This document shows positions 11,993 through 25,360 of a stretch of DNA of 64,000 bases, one piece after another. The notes beneath the pieces were generated by a model, which saw nothing but the letters and a program-made list of their open reading frames with translations, made no database searches and was not told where the DNA came from. Made by a program: the position numbers and the translations under genes. This DNA is from Octopus bimaculoides (Eukaryota), in assembly GCF_001194135.2 (NCBI RefSeq), contig NC_068984.1, positions 70,017,333-70,081,332 of the forward strand. Reading direction: 5' to 3'. How positions within the stretch are numbered: the stretch's first letter is position 1; each line of letters opens with the position of its first letter.

Positions 11993-13199
11993 AGTGGCTT
12001 AGCTATTAATAATTAAAAGATAAGAAGTTGAATAGCATCAATATGTAATTAATTAAATCAGAAATTATTGTCATTAATTTTTATAGAATTGATTATGTGT
12101 TAACAATCCTATTGATTAAGTGCATAAAGTGTATTGCTTTAATTCATAAATCAATAATGGAATATATATGCCCTTCTTTAGCCTATTAGCAATAAATCAA
12201 TGCTAAAATTATACAGTATATAAACACTTTGACACTTACTAAAATCTGTTGAAACTCACATCAAGTACATGAGAAATATTGGTACAGATCAAATTTTCCA
12301 TGAAAAGAGGGATTATTAATTAAATAGAAACAATATAATAATGAAATATTATCTCAGAATTGACTAGCATATCCAAAGATGGAACATTACATTTGTGCAC
12401 ATTGATTGACAGAAAATAGAATTTTCTCTTTCTCAGCTCCCACAAGTGATGATCCACAAGCTAGGATTATGTTATCTAACATACCCTTACTTCTTCTCTT
12501 TCAGTTTGTAAGGTGTGATTGTTGGTGATTTAGCTATTATTTCAGTAAACTGAGTGACCCCATAGAAGATTCTTCATCAGCTCATTTCAGAGGTGTTATT
12601 TTATATTCAAGTGATGATAACATAAACTATGACCTCAGGAACTTAAATAGAGGGATGAGCCAACAAAAGGGCCATTATTTGGTTAAAATATCAGCCAAAG
12701 AACAACTCAGATTACATTTTACTCTCATATGTGTTCTTCTAATAGAAGAATGCATTGCATGGTGTAGTCCTGGATGTACAAAACTGCAAATTAATTAAGG
12801 TTGGAAAGTTATTATTCATTGACATGATTACTTAGGGCTGACTAACACTAAACAATATCTCAAACAGACTAAGTTAGTGAATGTGGGATACAATACATGA
12901 TATAATGCTAATATAAGGCTGCAGTCTATTAGGGAAACAAATGTAAAGTTTTTTGTTTCTTTATCGCTTAGTCAGTGCCTATGTCTCTTTACAGGACCTC
13001 CAAGACTGTCAGGAGGAAGAAACTTGACCAAATCCTTGCAACAGAGTGTACCCAGAAAAGGCTCATGAGGAACTAGGTCATGTTAAACTAGGTGATGGAT
13101 TAAGTATATCAGACAAGTAGGCCATAGCAAGATTTGAATTCATAGCATTAAGAATTGGAAGAAATACCACATGTGCTGCTCAAATGTCAAATAATTATG

Positions 13200-13570
13200 T
13201 CAGTCTACTCTCTGAGACAGGAACTCCACCAGTTATGATGTCAAGGGTTCCAATTGGTCCAATGAATAGAACAGCCTGCTTGTGAAATTAACATGGAAGC
13301 GGCTGAGCACTTCACAGACACATGTCTCCTTAGCATAGTTAAGGAGATACTGCATGGCACAGAATGCAGGGAGATTCTGTGTCATGGAGATACGGCATGA
13401 CACAGAATGTGACGAGACTGACCCTCCAGATTCCAAGTATTGCTCATCTTTTCCTGCTGTGTGAACTGAAGCAATGTGAAAATAAAGTGTCTTGCTCAAG
13501 GACACAACATGCCAACGGTTTTTGACCTCATGACCTTATGATCATGAGCTAAATGCCCTTAACCACTCAC
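13200..13570 (-). mobile_element. tRNA/CORE-type SINE (family C), degenerate
   Basis: gtgaactgaagcaatgtgaaaataaagtgtcttgctcaag shared with 18780-19090; reverse-oriented tRNA-like head at ~13520-13570. Confidence 0.65.
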
Positions 13571-13574
13571 TGCC

Positions 13575-13715
13575 CAAGACTGGTATTTAAATAAAGTAGA
13601 GAAGGATGAAAGACAAAGCTGATCTTGGGAAGAATTTTACTCAAAATGTAAAGAACCAGAATAAATACTGCAAGACATTTGGTCTAATACTCTAATGACA
13701 CTACCAGTTCTACTG
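13575..13715 (-). mobile_element. SINE family B, degenerate
   Basis: ctggtattta...gatgaaagacaaagctga...caagacatttggtctaatactctaatgac resembles family B in reverse. Confidence 0.5.
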
Positions 13716-14161
13716 CTGCTGCTACTGCTGTTCTTTTGTTTAACTTCAGGTCAGCTTTCTGATTGAGCAGATCTATAATCAAAGCTGTACTAGCCTCAAG
13801 CATTATGAAATCTTATTTCAGATCCAAGTTATCTAGAGCTACATCATCATCATTTAATGTCCATCTTCCATACTGTCATGGGTTGGATTTTGGATGGGAT
13901 TCAACTCGCTAGAAGGCTGGGGTGAGCATCAGTGCTTCCTTTGGCATAGTTTCTATAACTGATACCCTTCCTAATTGCCAACTACCATACAGAATGTATT
14001 AGATCATTTGTAGGTGGCACCAATACTAGTGAAGTTGCCAAATAACTCACAAAACAAAGAAAAGTCACCTGACAGAGTGGCTGCATAGTAATAAGGGGGT
14101 GGCTTTATGCTGAGAAGCTAAAGTATTACAGAGAAAGAGGAACAGCTTTCGTATTGGAGAG

Positions 14162-14230
14162 CAGGGGTTCCCAAACATTTTCAAGCTCTTCACCCCTTGG
14201 CACACTGGTCACATTTCTGCCCCACCAGTC
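14162..14230 (+). mobile_element. hAT (Charlie-like) terminal inverted repeat fragment
   Basis: caggggttcccaaac is the typical hAT-Charlie end; no partner TIR identified. Confidence 0.4.
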
Positions 14231-14280
14231 ACCATCACTGCCGCTGCCACCACCACCACCACCACCACCACCACTACCAC

Positions 14281-14688
14281 AGCATTGCTGGAAATAAGAG
14301 TCAAAACAACTTAATCAGCACAGAAACACTATCTTAATGACTGACAAGGAAGACAAGCTCCCTAGCAGACACAGCCAGATCACCAAGTGATTTCAAATTT
14401 TGATGCAGAGCATCTTAATTCTCATCAGTGGCTCTTACCAGTCTTAGGGTAAAACTCAACTCACTTTGTCAGCTTATAAGAAATCCGATCAACTCATATG
14501 TTGATTTCAAAAATAGTAAAAGTGAAAATATGGGTGGATTATTACCAATTTAACAGTCAAAAGGCAAATTTATAGACGTCACTAAGGTGACAAAGGGTAC
14601 TAAGTAGTACCAGCATTGCTAGAAATAAGAGTCAAAGCACCACGATCACCACAGAAACACTATCTTAATGGCTAACAAGGGAGACAAG
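14281..14688. repeat. Pair of 77-bp direct repeats (14281-14357 and 14612-14688)
   Basis: agcattgct[g/a]gaaataagagtcaaa...cacagaaacactatcttaatg...gacaag occurs twice. Confidence 0.85.
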
Positions 14689-14699
14689 TATAAATATGT

Positions 14700-14930
14700 T
14701 TGTGTACATTTATGTGTGTATGTCTTTGTGTTTGTGATTTTTCTCCCACTATCACTTGACAATCAATGTTGGTGTTTACATCCCTGTAACTTGGCAGTTC
14801 AGCCAAAGAGACCAATAGAATAAGTACTAGGCTTACAAAGAATAAGTCCTGGCGTTGATTTAATTGACTAAAACTCTTTAAGGTGGTGCTCCAGCATGGC
14901 AGCAGTCAAATCACTGAAAGAAATAAAAGA
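14700..14930 (+). mobile_element. SINE family A 3' half
   Basis: cttgacaatcaatgttggtgtttacatccctgtaac...aataagtactaggcttacaaag...ggtgctccagcatggc. Confidence 0.75.
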
Positions 14931-15494
14931 CTATATGGTCATATTTGGGTCTATATAAGTCCTTTTGTGTAACCAACATATTTTACAATTGTTAATGTTT
15001 GTGCGAGTAATTTATACTAATCTATGATTATATGTTAAAACCAGCAAATAACCAATTACATATTTAGGTTAGTTATGCATTTGTCATCAAATTTTGACTG
15101 ATTCTATGATGCACAGTCTTTTGAAATATTCCAGTATATTTTGTACCAATTTAATGAAAAAGTTATTTTCCTAAAATTTTCTTCAAATTCTTCATTATTT
15201 TCAAATTTTTGATTATTTTCAAATTTTTATTTGAAATTCATAAGCATTGTATAGAAATATGATTGAAAAGATATTCTAAGATTTGAATTCCTGAGAGTTT
15301 TTCCATAACATCTGCAAGAAAACTATTGCAATAATACTTATTAAATTAAATTTTTATGAACTCCTTCACTGTCACCATCCACCTTAACACTTTGGGGACC
15401 ATATTTCTAAAGAAATACATACTTATTTTTTTTTTTTCAATTAATTTTGAAACTAATAAAGTAGTTAGCACGATTTAGTGAAAACAGCCAAGAC

Positions 15495-15780
15495 ATTTCT
15501 ATATTTAAGAGATGAGGAATTATGTACATCATTTACATCATTTACAATTGATGGATATTTGTCCTCATCTTGTTTGTTGTTGACACAACATTTCGGCTGA
15601 TATACCCGCCAGCCTTCATAAGGTATCTTGGGGAAATTTCGAACCTGGGTTCTCATTCCTACGGTATTCTTCGATGTTATCATTATTATTATTATTATTC
15701 AGGTCACTGCCTGGAACCAAACTCGCGGAATCTTGGGGTTAGTAGCCTGTGCTCTTAACCACTACACCATAGGCCCACAC
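15495..15780 (-). mobile_element. tRNA-headed SINE family H, second copy (hammerhead core degenerate)
   Basis: Reverse complement of 2726-2990: head gtggttaagagcacaggctactaaccccaagatt, (AAT)n, tail with gataccttatgaaggctg...cagccgaaatgttgtgtc. Confidence 0.8.
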
Positions 15781-15796
15781 GCATATGGCGTAGTGG

Positions 15797-16321
15797 ATGA
15801 GACTGCAGCCGGTCTCATCCTCCACAACTTTTTGGATCCAGGCAAAACCATTATGGCGGAGAATTACTGTCAGCAAATGAATGAAATGCTTAAGAAACTC
15901 CGACAACAACAGCTAGCATTGGTCAATAGAAAAGGACCAATACTTCTCCATGATAACACTCGGCTGCACATTGCACAATTGACCCTGCAGATGAACAAAT
16001 TGGACTACGAGTCTCTGACTCATCTGCCATACTCACCAGACCTCTTGCCTACCGACTACCACTTTTTCAAGCATCTCGACAACTTCCTGTGTGAGAAATG
16101 CTTCAAAAACCAAAACGATGCCAAACACGCCTTCAACGACTTCATCGTCACCAGAACGTGGGATTTTTACGCTACTGGCTTAAATAAACTTGTTTCGCAT
16201 TGGCAAAAGTGTGTTGATTCTGATGGTGTTTATTTCGATTAATGAAGTTTTGTTTGTGCCGAGATATGTGTATCTGAATTTAAAGGTTAAAAACCACAAG
16301 AAATTTCTTGACAGCCTAATA
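15797..16321 (+). mobile_element. Mariner (DD34D) transposase C-terminal fragment with right TIR
   Basis: GPILLHDN...YSPDLLPTDYHFF...WQKCVDSDGVYFD*; TIR-like ttaaaaaccacaagaaatttcttgacagcctaata followed by TA. 5'-truncated. Confidence 0.9.
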
Positions 16322-16796
16322 TATATATATATATATACACACACACTTTGAATGAATCCTTAACTAGGTTGATGATGATGATGATGATGTGTGTGTGTGT
16401 GTGTGCATGCGTGTGTATGCTAATTCTTGTACATGTAATAAAGATAAAATCTGGAATAAAAATAATAGTAGAAGCTGCTGAGTGTATTTTTTTAACTGAT
16501 TGGAATATATGGTTTTACTGTCAGGACATTATATTAGGACATTAATTTTTAATTTTGTTTGTTTGTGTCAGTGCACTTTTATTATTTACTTCAGCTGAGC
16601 TTAAATATGATTACAGAATGAAGACAGGAAAGTATTAGCGACGAAAAAAAATCCTCAAAAAAGTAAAAATCTAAAACACTGAAAAATGATGAAAATTATA
16701 TTGTTGATATTATTGCACTATTAAGTTTTTTGTGAAGAAACACCACCCTCCAGATAGTTTTCTCTAGATTTATGTCACTTACACACATGTGAACAC

Positions 16797-16831
<35 letters not shown>

Positions 16832-17539
16832 CACACATACATACACACATACACACGTGCATGCACACACCCTCTCTCTCACACACAAATATTTTCTCTT
16901 GTATAAATTGTGCTAGTTTGTCAAATGTGTACTTTACTGACTTTTAAAGAATTATCGAAGCATAAAGCAATGATATATATATATATATAAAAGAAGGGGG
17001 AAAATAGTGATATAAATTTTACATATTTCTAAGAAAAATCTAAAGTTAAAAAACATAAATTAAAACTAAGATCTATATCATTTTTCTATCCTGCTACTTC
17101 TTCTTGTCTATCTTTACAAGCTCACACTGTTTTCCATTCTTCATTATTTCCAGTCAGCTTCTCAAACATAGTCAATAAATGGCTTGTTTCTCAGACATAG
17201 TCAATACTATCTTTCTTATATTTCCCTTCTTTTATCTTCGGTGAAAAAAAGGGTCCTGCCTAAAATGTTGGATATTTCACTCCTCACAGCAATTTCACTA
17301 AACACTTTACGCCATGTTTTCCCAATATATCTTTCCCAATATATCTTACTTGCTACTTATTTTTTCATAAGTCTCTTTCACCAGACAGCTAAGTTATAAG
17401 GATGTAATTATGGCTGTCAGGCAGTGGTGGAGACAATCACAAAGGCATATAAATGTATACATGTGCCTGTGCGGGAGGGTGTGTGTGTGCGTGGGTGCGT
17501 GTGTGTGTGTGTGTGTGTGTATGTGTGTGTGTGTGTGCT

Positions 17540-17995
17540 GTGCTTGGGAAGACCTGTCAAGCCAAGTGAAATCATAGTCATGGCTGATGCCAGTGTCATG
17601 TAACTGGCACCCATGCTGGTGGCACATAAAAAGTGCCATTTGAGCATAGAGTCACAAGGAGGCAGTGACTGATGACCAAAACCTTTGGTGATAGACTGTG
17701 CTTGAGAAGACATGTCAAGACATGTGAGATCATAGTTGTGGCTGATGCTGGTGTTACATAGATGGCACCCATGCCAGTGGCATGTAAAAGCATCCACTAC
17801 ACTCTTAGAATGGTTAGCATAAGGAAGAGCATCCAGCCACAGAAACCATGCCAAATCAGAATGGAATCTAGTGCAGCTCCCCAGTTTACCAGTTCTTGAT
17901 CAAAACTATCCAACCGATACAAGCATGGAAAATGGACGTTAAATGATGATGATGATGATGATGATGATGACGATGACGATGATGATGATGATGAT
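17540..17995 (+). mobile_element. RTE 3'-UTR-derived element (truncated LINE tail or tail-sharing SINE) ending in (GAT)n
   Basis: ggttagcattaggaagagcatccagc...catggaaaatggacgttaaatgatgatgat; same tail as the RTE 3' end at 21765-22625; internal subrepeats. Confidence 0.75.
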
Positions 17996-18779
17996 ATACA
18001 ACAACTAGTTTAGCTATGACTTTTATGGTCATAAGAGATGTAACTCTAATTTTCATTCTTTGTTTTCTTTTTCCATTTTTATCCTCCATTTGTCTTCTCA
18101 TTTCAATTCTTGCATCAATCTTCAACACAATTTTTTCTTCGTGGTTTCTTATGTACAAATCTCCTGATTTTCAAATAGAACAAACTATGTGCTCAGAGCC
18201 CGTGGATTGCCTTGAGAAACCAGGCACATTATAAAATCTGTCTAACCATGTGTCTTAATGGCAAGAAACCATTAGTAGCGATTATTTTNNNNNNNNNNNN
18301 NNNNNNNNNNNNNNNNNNNNNNNNNNNNNNNNNNNNNNNNNNNNNNNNNNNNNNNNNNNNNNNNNNNNNNNNNNNNNNNNNNNNNNNNNNNNNNNNNNNN
18401 NNNNNNNNNNNNNNNNNNNNNNNNNNNNNNNNNNNNNNNNNNNNNNNNNNNNNNNNNNNNNNNNNNNNNNNNNNNNNNNNNNNNNNNNNNNNNNNNNNNN
18501 NNNNNNNNNNNNNNNNNNNNNNNNNNNNNNNNNNNNNNNNNNNNNNNNNNNNNNNNNNNNNNNNNNNNNNNNNNNNNNNNNNNNNNNNNNNNNNNNNNNN
18601 NNNNNNNNNNNNNNNNNNNNNNNNNNNNNNNNNNNNNNNNNNNNNNNNNNNNNNNNNNNNNNNNNNNNNNNNNNNNNNNNNNNNNNNNNNNNNNNNNNAT
18701 ATATATATACACACACACATGGATGTATGTGTATATATAACTCTATACATAAAATATATACATATATATGTATATAGGA

Positions 18780-19090
18780 TAAAGACTCTCTTAGGTCATA
18801 AGTGACCATAGGAGTGCACTTAGAAAGTTCCCTTCCAAGGTGCAAGTCCAGTTAAGGTTGTTTGTGGAAGACCAGCAGTCGCCCATGCATACCAGCCTCC
18901 CCTCTCCACGCCACCGATATTATCCAAAAGAAAAGCAAAGGCCAATACAGCTTGGCACCAGTGATGTCACAACTCATTTCTACAGCTGAGTGAACTGAAG
19001 CAACATGAAATAAAGTGTCTTGCTCAAGAACGCAACACACAACACACACTCATGATTATAGGCCTGATGCTCTAACCACTGAGCTATGTA
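18780..19090 (-). mobile_element. tRNA/CORE-type SINE (family C)
   Basis: Minus strand: gctcagtggttagagcatc (A-box), then ttgagcaagacactttatttcatgttgcttcagttcactcagctgtagaaatgag resembling the MIR/CORE domain. Confidence 0.75.
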
Positions 19091-19333
19091 CCATATATGG
19101 TAACATAATATAATATTATATATATATAAATCTCTGTTGATTCACTAGAACTTATAAAGAACAGGACTCAATATAAACGTAGAGTTCAGTAATCCCATGC
19201 CATATTGCGGTTCACCTATTGCAGTTTATTACTTAAGCTTATGTCGATTGCTCCATGTTGTTGTTTTGCATTTATAATATAATAAATATATACAAATTAT
19301 GGAAGTAATAAAAAAAAAATATACAGTACATAT

Positions 19334-19511
19334 AGGCACAGGAGTGGCTGCGTGGTAGGTAGCTTGCTTACCCACCACATGGTTCCGGATTCAGTCTCAC
19401 TGCGTGGCACCTTGGGCAAGTGTCTTCTGCTATCGCCTCGGGCCGACCGAAGCCTTGTGAGTGGATTTGGTAGATGGAAACTGAAAGAAACCCGTCGTAT
19501 ATATATTTATA

Positions 19512-19571
<60 letters not shown>

Positions 19572-19690
19572 AGTGTGAGTGTTTGTATGTCTGTATTTGT
19601 CCCCTCACCATTGCTTGACAACCGATGCTGGTGTGTTTACATCCCCGTAACTTAGCAGTTCAGCAAAAGACACTGATAGAATAAGTACAG
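19334..19690 (+). mobile_element. SINE family A with internal (TA)n
   Basis: ggcacaggagtggctgcgtggtag...ggttccggattcagtc head, internal (TA)n, then cttgacaaccgatgctggtgtgtttac. Confidence 0.85.
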
Positions 19691-19924
19691 TACTGTTTCT
19701 ACTTTGCGGATTTTCACCTGTCATGGGATGGTTTTGGAACGTAACACCCACAGTAGTCGAGGGATTACTGTATTCTTTAATATGTTACAACTGAAATGCT
19801 CTGTTTTTTAGTACTCAGAGCTACTCATTTCTGATGGATGATCAGCTGGTAAACCAAGCGTGGTTTTCTTTTGAATATCCACTGTCTGAATAGTTTTTGA
19901 AGTATATTCTGGGTACAAAGAGGC

Positions 19925-19927
<3 letters not shown>

Positions 19928-19982
<55 letters not shown>
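19928..19982. repeat. (GA)n microsatellite
   Basis: Direct reading of the sequence. Confidence 0.9.
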
Positions 19983-19985
<3 letters not shown>

Positions 19986-21764
19986 AGAAGTGTGTGTCTG
20001 TTTGGAACATGTCAATCTATCTATCTATCAATTGACCTGAGCTGACCAAAGCCTTGTGAATAGATTTGGTAGACAGAAACAGAAAAAAGCCAGTTATATA
20101 TATATGTGTGTGTATGTACATATGTATGTATGAATGAATGTGTGTACATATGCCTGTGTGTGTGTGTTTGTATGTATGTATAAATATACACTCCCACCTT
20201 TCATCACCATTGCTTCTTTTTCTTGTCTTTTCTCTTGAAGTTGTTCTTATTTTCATTGTTTTGGATTTCTTCCATTTTTCTTTTATCTCCCTCGGGAATT
20301 CGTCAACAAGCTTTTCTCATTTAACTTTTTTGTTTCTTTTAAATTTATATCAGGTACACCCTCATATCTTTTTCCTTGTCTGGCTTGAAATTTTCTGTTA
20401 ACATCTTAGCTAAAGTAAATAGATGGCTCATCTATGTACTTTGATTTTAACATAAGGCCTCTCAATCGCAGAGGCCCCCTGTGACTGCAGGGGTTGCGGG
20501 GGTTAGTGACAGCACTGACTATAATTGAAAGGCTCGTAATTCCAGTACTCTGAGTATCATATTTCTGATTATTTAATTTGTAATCTAAGCCCATTTTCTC
20601 TTGACTTACCTATTGTTTCAAAATACTGACATATCTCAACTTTCAACAGTAATTAGTAGCAAGGCATAAGACTTACTAGAAAAATGATGTAACATGAAAA
20701 AAATATCTTTAAAAAATTTATTAGCTAATACCTGTTTTAATAACTGGTTTGTGTATATTTTCACATGTAGTTTATTTGATTTCATTTTCAGTACTGTTAT
20801 ATAGGTGGCATTTAAAAAGAAAAATTCTGTGCTTTTAAATATGTGCACTGAAACTGATATAAAGTTGGATAATCAGCTGAATTTGAAAAACAAAAAAGAA
20901 AAAATGTAAAGTTGAAAGACATAACTCAAAATGATGTAAATTGAGGTATGCCTATATTATGAATTATTATATGAAAGTTATGACAAAGACACTTATCTTT
21001 ATGTTTTACTAAAAAGATAACTCATGAGAGATATGTGCAAAAGCAGCTGTTTCAAGCTAACATTTTTCATTTCATTTCTGTCTCTCATGAGAATACTCTA
21101 AATGTATTAAACTTCATACAAGCAAGGTCGTTCTAATAATTGCCCTCGCAAAATTGCATTGTTGTTTAAATAAATTTTCGAAAGCAATTTATGTGCGTGC
21201 ATATGCACATACGTCACACACACACACACACATAGCATAAACACAAACACACACAATAAGATATATATATGTATGAATGTGTGTGTGTTTGTGTGTGTGT
21301 GTGTGTTAAAAACTTCAAAACCAATGTTTTCACTCTCTGAACCAGGACAAAATTTCAAGGAGATTATTACTTACATGAAAAATATTTCACTTTATGAATA
21401 AAATGAATTAACCATTCCATCTTTTGTTTAAACTATTACAGCATTGAAATGCATTTCTTCATTCTTTTGCTCAAAAGTTGCTCTGCGTTTTTTATTTGAA
21501 GCTACTGTTTTTTGTATAACTGTGCCTTATCTACAATCAGTCAATAACTTTGAATATGCAAGGATATATCTCATCAAAAATCATATCAGTTTTTGACAAA
21601 ATCCTCCCACATTTTTTATCAGAGTTGACAAATGAGTGTGTCTGAATGTATTCATGAAATTGATGTCCTAATTAATTTCATTTGCTGTAATATATGATTT
21701 AAGTTCATTTCTGTTATTTCTACTTTAGCACTGTATATTGTTGACTTTGTCAGACAGTTACCAT

Positions 21765-22625
21765 CATCATCATCGTTTAACGTCTGCTTTCCATGCTAGC
21801 ATGGGTTAGACGATTTGACTTAGGACTGGCAAGCCAGAAGGCTGCACCAGGTTCCAATCTAATCTAGCAGAGTTTCTACAGCTGGATGCCCTTCCTAACG
21901 CCAACCACTCCGAGAGAGTAGTTGGTTTTTTTACGTGCCACTGGCATGAGAGCCAGTCTGGCAGTACTGGCAATGGCCACGCTCAAATGGTGTTGTTTAC
22001 ATGCCACCTGCTCAGGAATCAGTCCAGCGGTGCTGGCAACCACCTCAGTCGAATGTTTTGTTCACATGCCACTGGCACAAGTGCCAGTAAGGCGACACTG
22101 ATTATGATCATGCTCAAATAGTGCTTTTTACATGCCACCAGCATGGAAGCCACACCACTGCTCTGGCAGTGATCCCACTGCGATGGTGCTGTTAGCGTGC
22201 CACTGGCACAGGTGCCAGTCATCGAATTTGGTTCAGTTTTGATTTCAGTTGCCCCAACAGGTCTTCGCAAACAGAGTTTAGTGTCCAATGAAGGAAGGTT
22301 GCCATGGATGCCAGTCTTCGAATTTGGTTTGATTTTGATTTTGATTTCACTTGCCTCAACAGGTCTTCGCAAGCAGGGTTTTGTGTCCAAAGAAGGAAAG
22401 GTAAACATAAATGGGCTGGCTACACCCCTGGTAAAGGCCCCGGGTTATGGTCTCACTTGTCTTGCCAGGTCTTCTCACCACCTCATCCCAAGTCTTCCTG
22501 GGTCTACCTCTTCCCCAGGTACCCTCAACCACTAGGCTATGGCACTTTTTCACACAGCTATCCTCATCCATTCTCGCCATCTAGTGGGAAATTCCTGCAA
22601 GTACTGAAGTTGCATAGTTGTTGTT
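21765..22625 (-). mobile_element. RTE-clade LINE 3' end: ORF C-terminus plus long 3' UTR ending in (GAT)n
   Basis: RMDEDSCVKKCHSLVVEGTWGRGRPRKTWDEVV is the typical RTE C-terminal GRPRKTW motif; continues into the ggcgttaggaagggcatccagc...gacgttaaacgatgatgat tail. Confidence 0.85.
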
Positions 22626-22926
22626 GGGTAGCCAAGTACCTATCTTTTTCATTCAGCTTTACAACATTATAACTTCTGATATAGCAAGCAAAATATTTAG
22701 TAGCGGAATAATTAATCTAAACATACTTCTTTTTTAATATCTTATTATACTTGCACTCTGGGAGAAAGAAATTCATTTAAACATTTGAATTTATCACCAG
22801 CAGGGCTATCCAGTTTAATAAAAAAAAATGCTAGTGATGGCAATTCTATTAATATACTTTGTGAATAGAATTTGGTACCACATCATGTTTGTATATACAC
22901 ACATATGTATGTGATAGTTGTTTTTA

Positions 22927-22969
<43 letters not shown>

Positions 22970-23743
22970 TCAGTCACATATGCACATGTGCATACACACA
23001 CACACACACACACGTGCATGTATATTTGTCTGTATAGCTTTCATAAATGTATACTAGCGACAAAATCAAATAAAAAACTGGCGCTTTTTGAAAGATTTTC
23101 AATTATGATTTGTTCTGCACTGTGTTACACAAACCCCCTTGTCACTTTTGTTGTCAGTAAAGTAATTTACCACTGATTGTCTCACTGTAAACCTGAACCC
23201 TACTTTACTATCAGTCTTCCAGTTAACAAACTGCAGTAAAAGAAAATCAGGTCGTATAATAAATAACTATAGGTCATTCTTGATCAAATGAACTTCTGAT
23301 CAAAGGCATTGCAGTCATGACCATTACTTAGTTCTTCAATCTTTCTGAATCCTAATATGCATTCCCCATTTCTCACACTTTTACAATGCTAGTTTGTGGC
23401 TTGAGAAAGATTTCCACTGCTATTTTTAACGCATTGACCAACCATGCAGAAGCATCTTCAACGTACAGTACAACATTAAGTGCATGATTGGAAATATCAA
23501 TTCTTTTGGTAATATCAACACAACCACACTCGGCTATCAGACCATGATTTTCAACACAGCTGTATTTGTCTAGATGTAATGTAAAATGGTGATGGAAACA
23601 GGTCAGAATTTAGAAATTGGATAACTTTGACATATGAATAAAAATTGTCAAACTAACATTCATGTAACTTTATATATATATTTGAAAATACAAATAAAAT
23701 TAAGCAGTGATACTTCCCATTTACAGTATTTTTTTCATCTACA

Positions 23744-23785
<42 letters not shown>

Positions 23786-24239
23786 CCTTACATATGTAAG
23801 GTTCTGGTAGGATATAAAGAATTTTCTTTGTTTCCTTCTTATCATTTGCATGTGTGTGTTTGTGTGCATGTGCTTGTGTGTGTGTGTGTGTGTGTGTGTG
23901 CTTGTATGTATGTTGAAAATATATATATGATATCCGATGACTTAAGGTAATATGTTCATCCATGTTAGTGCTCAGGTTAACTTGCTGATTAAACTCCAGG
24001 TTGAACTGCAGCTAAAAAAGCTGCTTAATGAAGATTAGCTATAAGTGGTTTATCAATGAGCAGAGATGTGTATAATAGAATAATGGTGCCAAAAGGAAAA
24101 CAACTGTTATCAGGGCAGATTATGACAGTTATTTATTTAAATAGTGACACAACATGGGGAAAAAAATTGAATGTTACAGGAGTTTAGATCATGATAGTCT
24201 GATAAAAATCAGTTGAGCAATGTTCATAATGGTTATAGT

Positions 24240-24800
24240 ATATATTGGTATTCTCCCAGAACAATTGTATGGTTAGTGTTGGCAGGATAACATGTGGTTG
24301 ATGCAAGGTTGAAGAATGTTTGGGAGGAAAGAAAGGTTGGATGATTTACATAAGAATGGATATGATGATACGAAGGTGATTGATATACAGAAGAACAGAG
24401 TGGAAGACAAAACCAAATGCTGGGGCTCACCAAACTTGCCTGAGAGTGGGATGGAAGACTTTTATCAACAAACACTTTGATAATATAATTTGAAAGGAAG
24501 CTACTAATCCAGACGATGAGAGAGATGGAGCATATAGATGGGAAGTTAGTTTTGAATAGAGATTCACATGTCAGACACAGCTGAAAACTTTATTGATGCC
24601 AAGGGCAACAACATTGATTTCATTTAATTTCTCTAAAGTGTGTGTCTATTTGTTGATGTGATAAGAAAGTAGCTCTCCAGTGGATCTGGCTCTCCAAAAA
24701 CAGTGATAGCACTTGTAACTGGGAAGAAAGATATTCAAAATATCAGAGAACTTCATTGTTAATGGTTATTTCCATTACCTTTCAGATATTAGAAGTGACT
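24240..24800 (+). mobile_element. Highly degenerate LINE endonuclease-like relic
   Basis: attgatttcattta (IDFI) and general resemblance to the RTE APE region at 53255-53700; heavily mutated. Confidence 0.35.
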
Positions 24801-25099
24801 GCAATGAGATATAATAGTTGGTAAGGCCAGAGTAGTTGTCTTTCTCAGGAATTGGATGCACTCTAATGTATTTCTAAAGACAAGGGTATATCACTGGAGA
24901 GAGAGAGTGTGAATACTATGTATTTGTTAAGTGTTTGCTTATACTAACTGAAACTGATATAATTCATTGCATTGTAGAGATTTTAGTGGATATTTTATCT
25001 TTGTGTAATATATCTAGGGGCCTGTTACCTTGATAGACTCTATCTTTCACTATAACCTTCACTCACAAGGGGAGTTGAACTTCAGAACTTCAAGTAGAT

Positions 25100-25104
<5 letters not shown>

Positions 25105-25147
<43 letters not shown>

Positions 25148-25360
25148 GTCATCATCACCATTTAATGTCTGCTGTCCATGCTGGTATGAGTTGGACGGTT
25201 TGACCAGGCTGGCAGGCTAGAAGGCTGCACCAGACGCCAGTCTGATTTTGGCTTGGTTATCTATGGCTGGATGCCCTTCCTAATGCCAGCCACTCCATGA
25301 GTGTAATGGGTACTTTTACGTGCCACCACCGCAGGTGCCATTTGCATGACACATCCTGTC
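25105..25360 (-). mobile_element. RTE 3'-UTR-derived element with (CAT)n tail
   Basis: (cat)n ttaatgtctgctgtccatgctgg...ggctggatgcccttcctaatgcc shared with 21765 and 28260. Confidence 0.8.

Noticed and set aside
15628-16242. 204-aa ORF as an intact gene or SETMAR-like domesticated transposase
   Set aside because: The N-terminal ~55 aa are antisense SINE/microsatellite read-through; only the mariner C-terminal half is present and there is no SET domain.
18212-18845. Long ORFs spanning N-gaps (also at 28.5, 34.5, 44.9, 49.5 and 52.3 kb)
   Set aside because: They are open only because N runs and (TA)n/(TG)n contain no stops.
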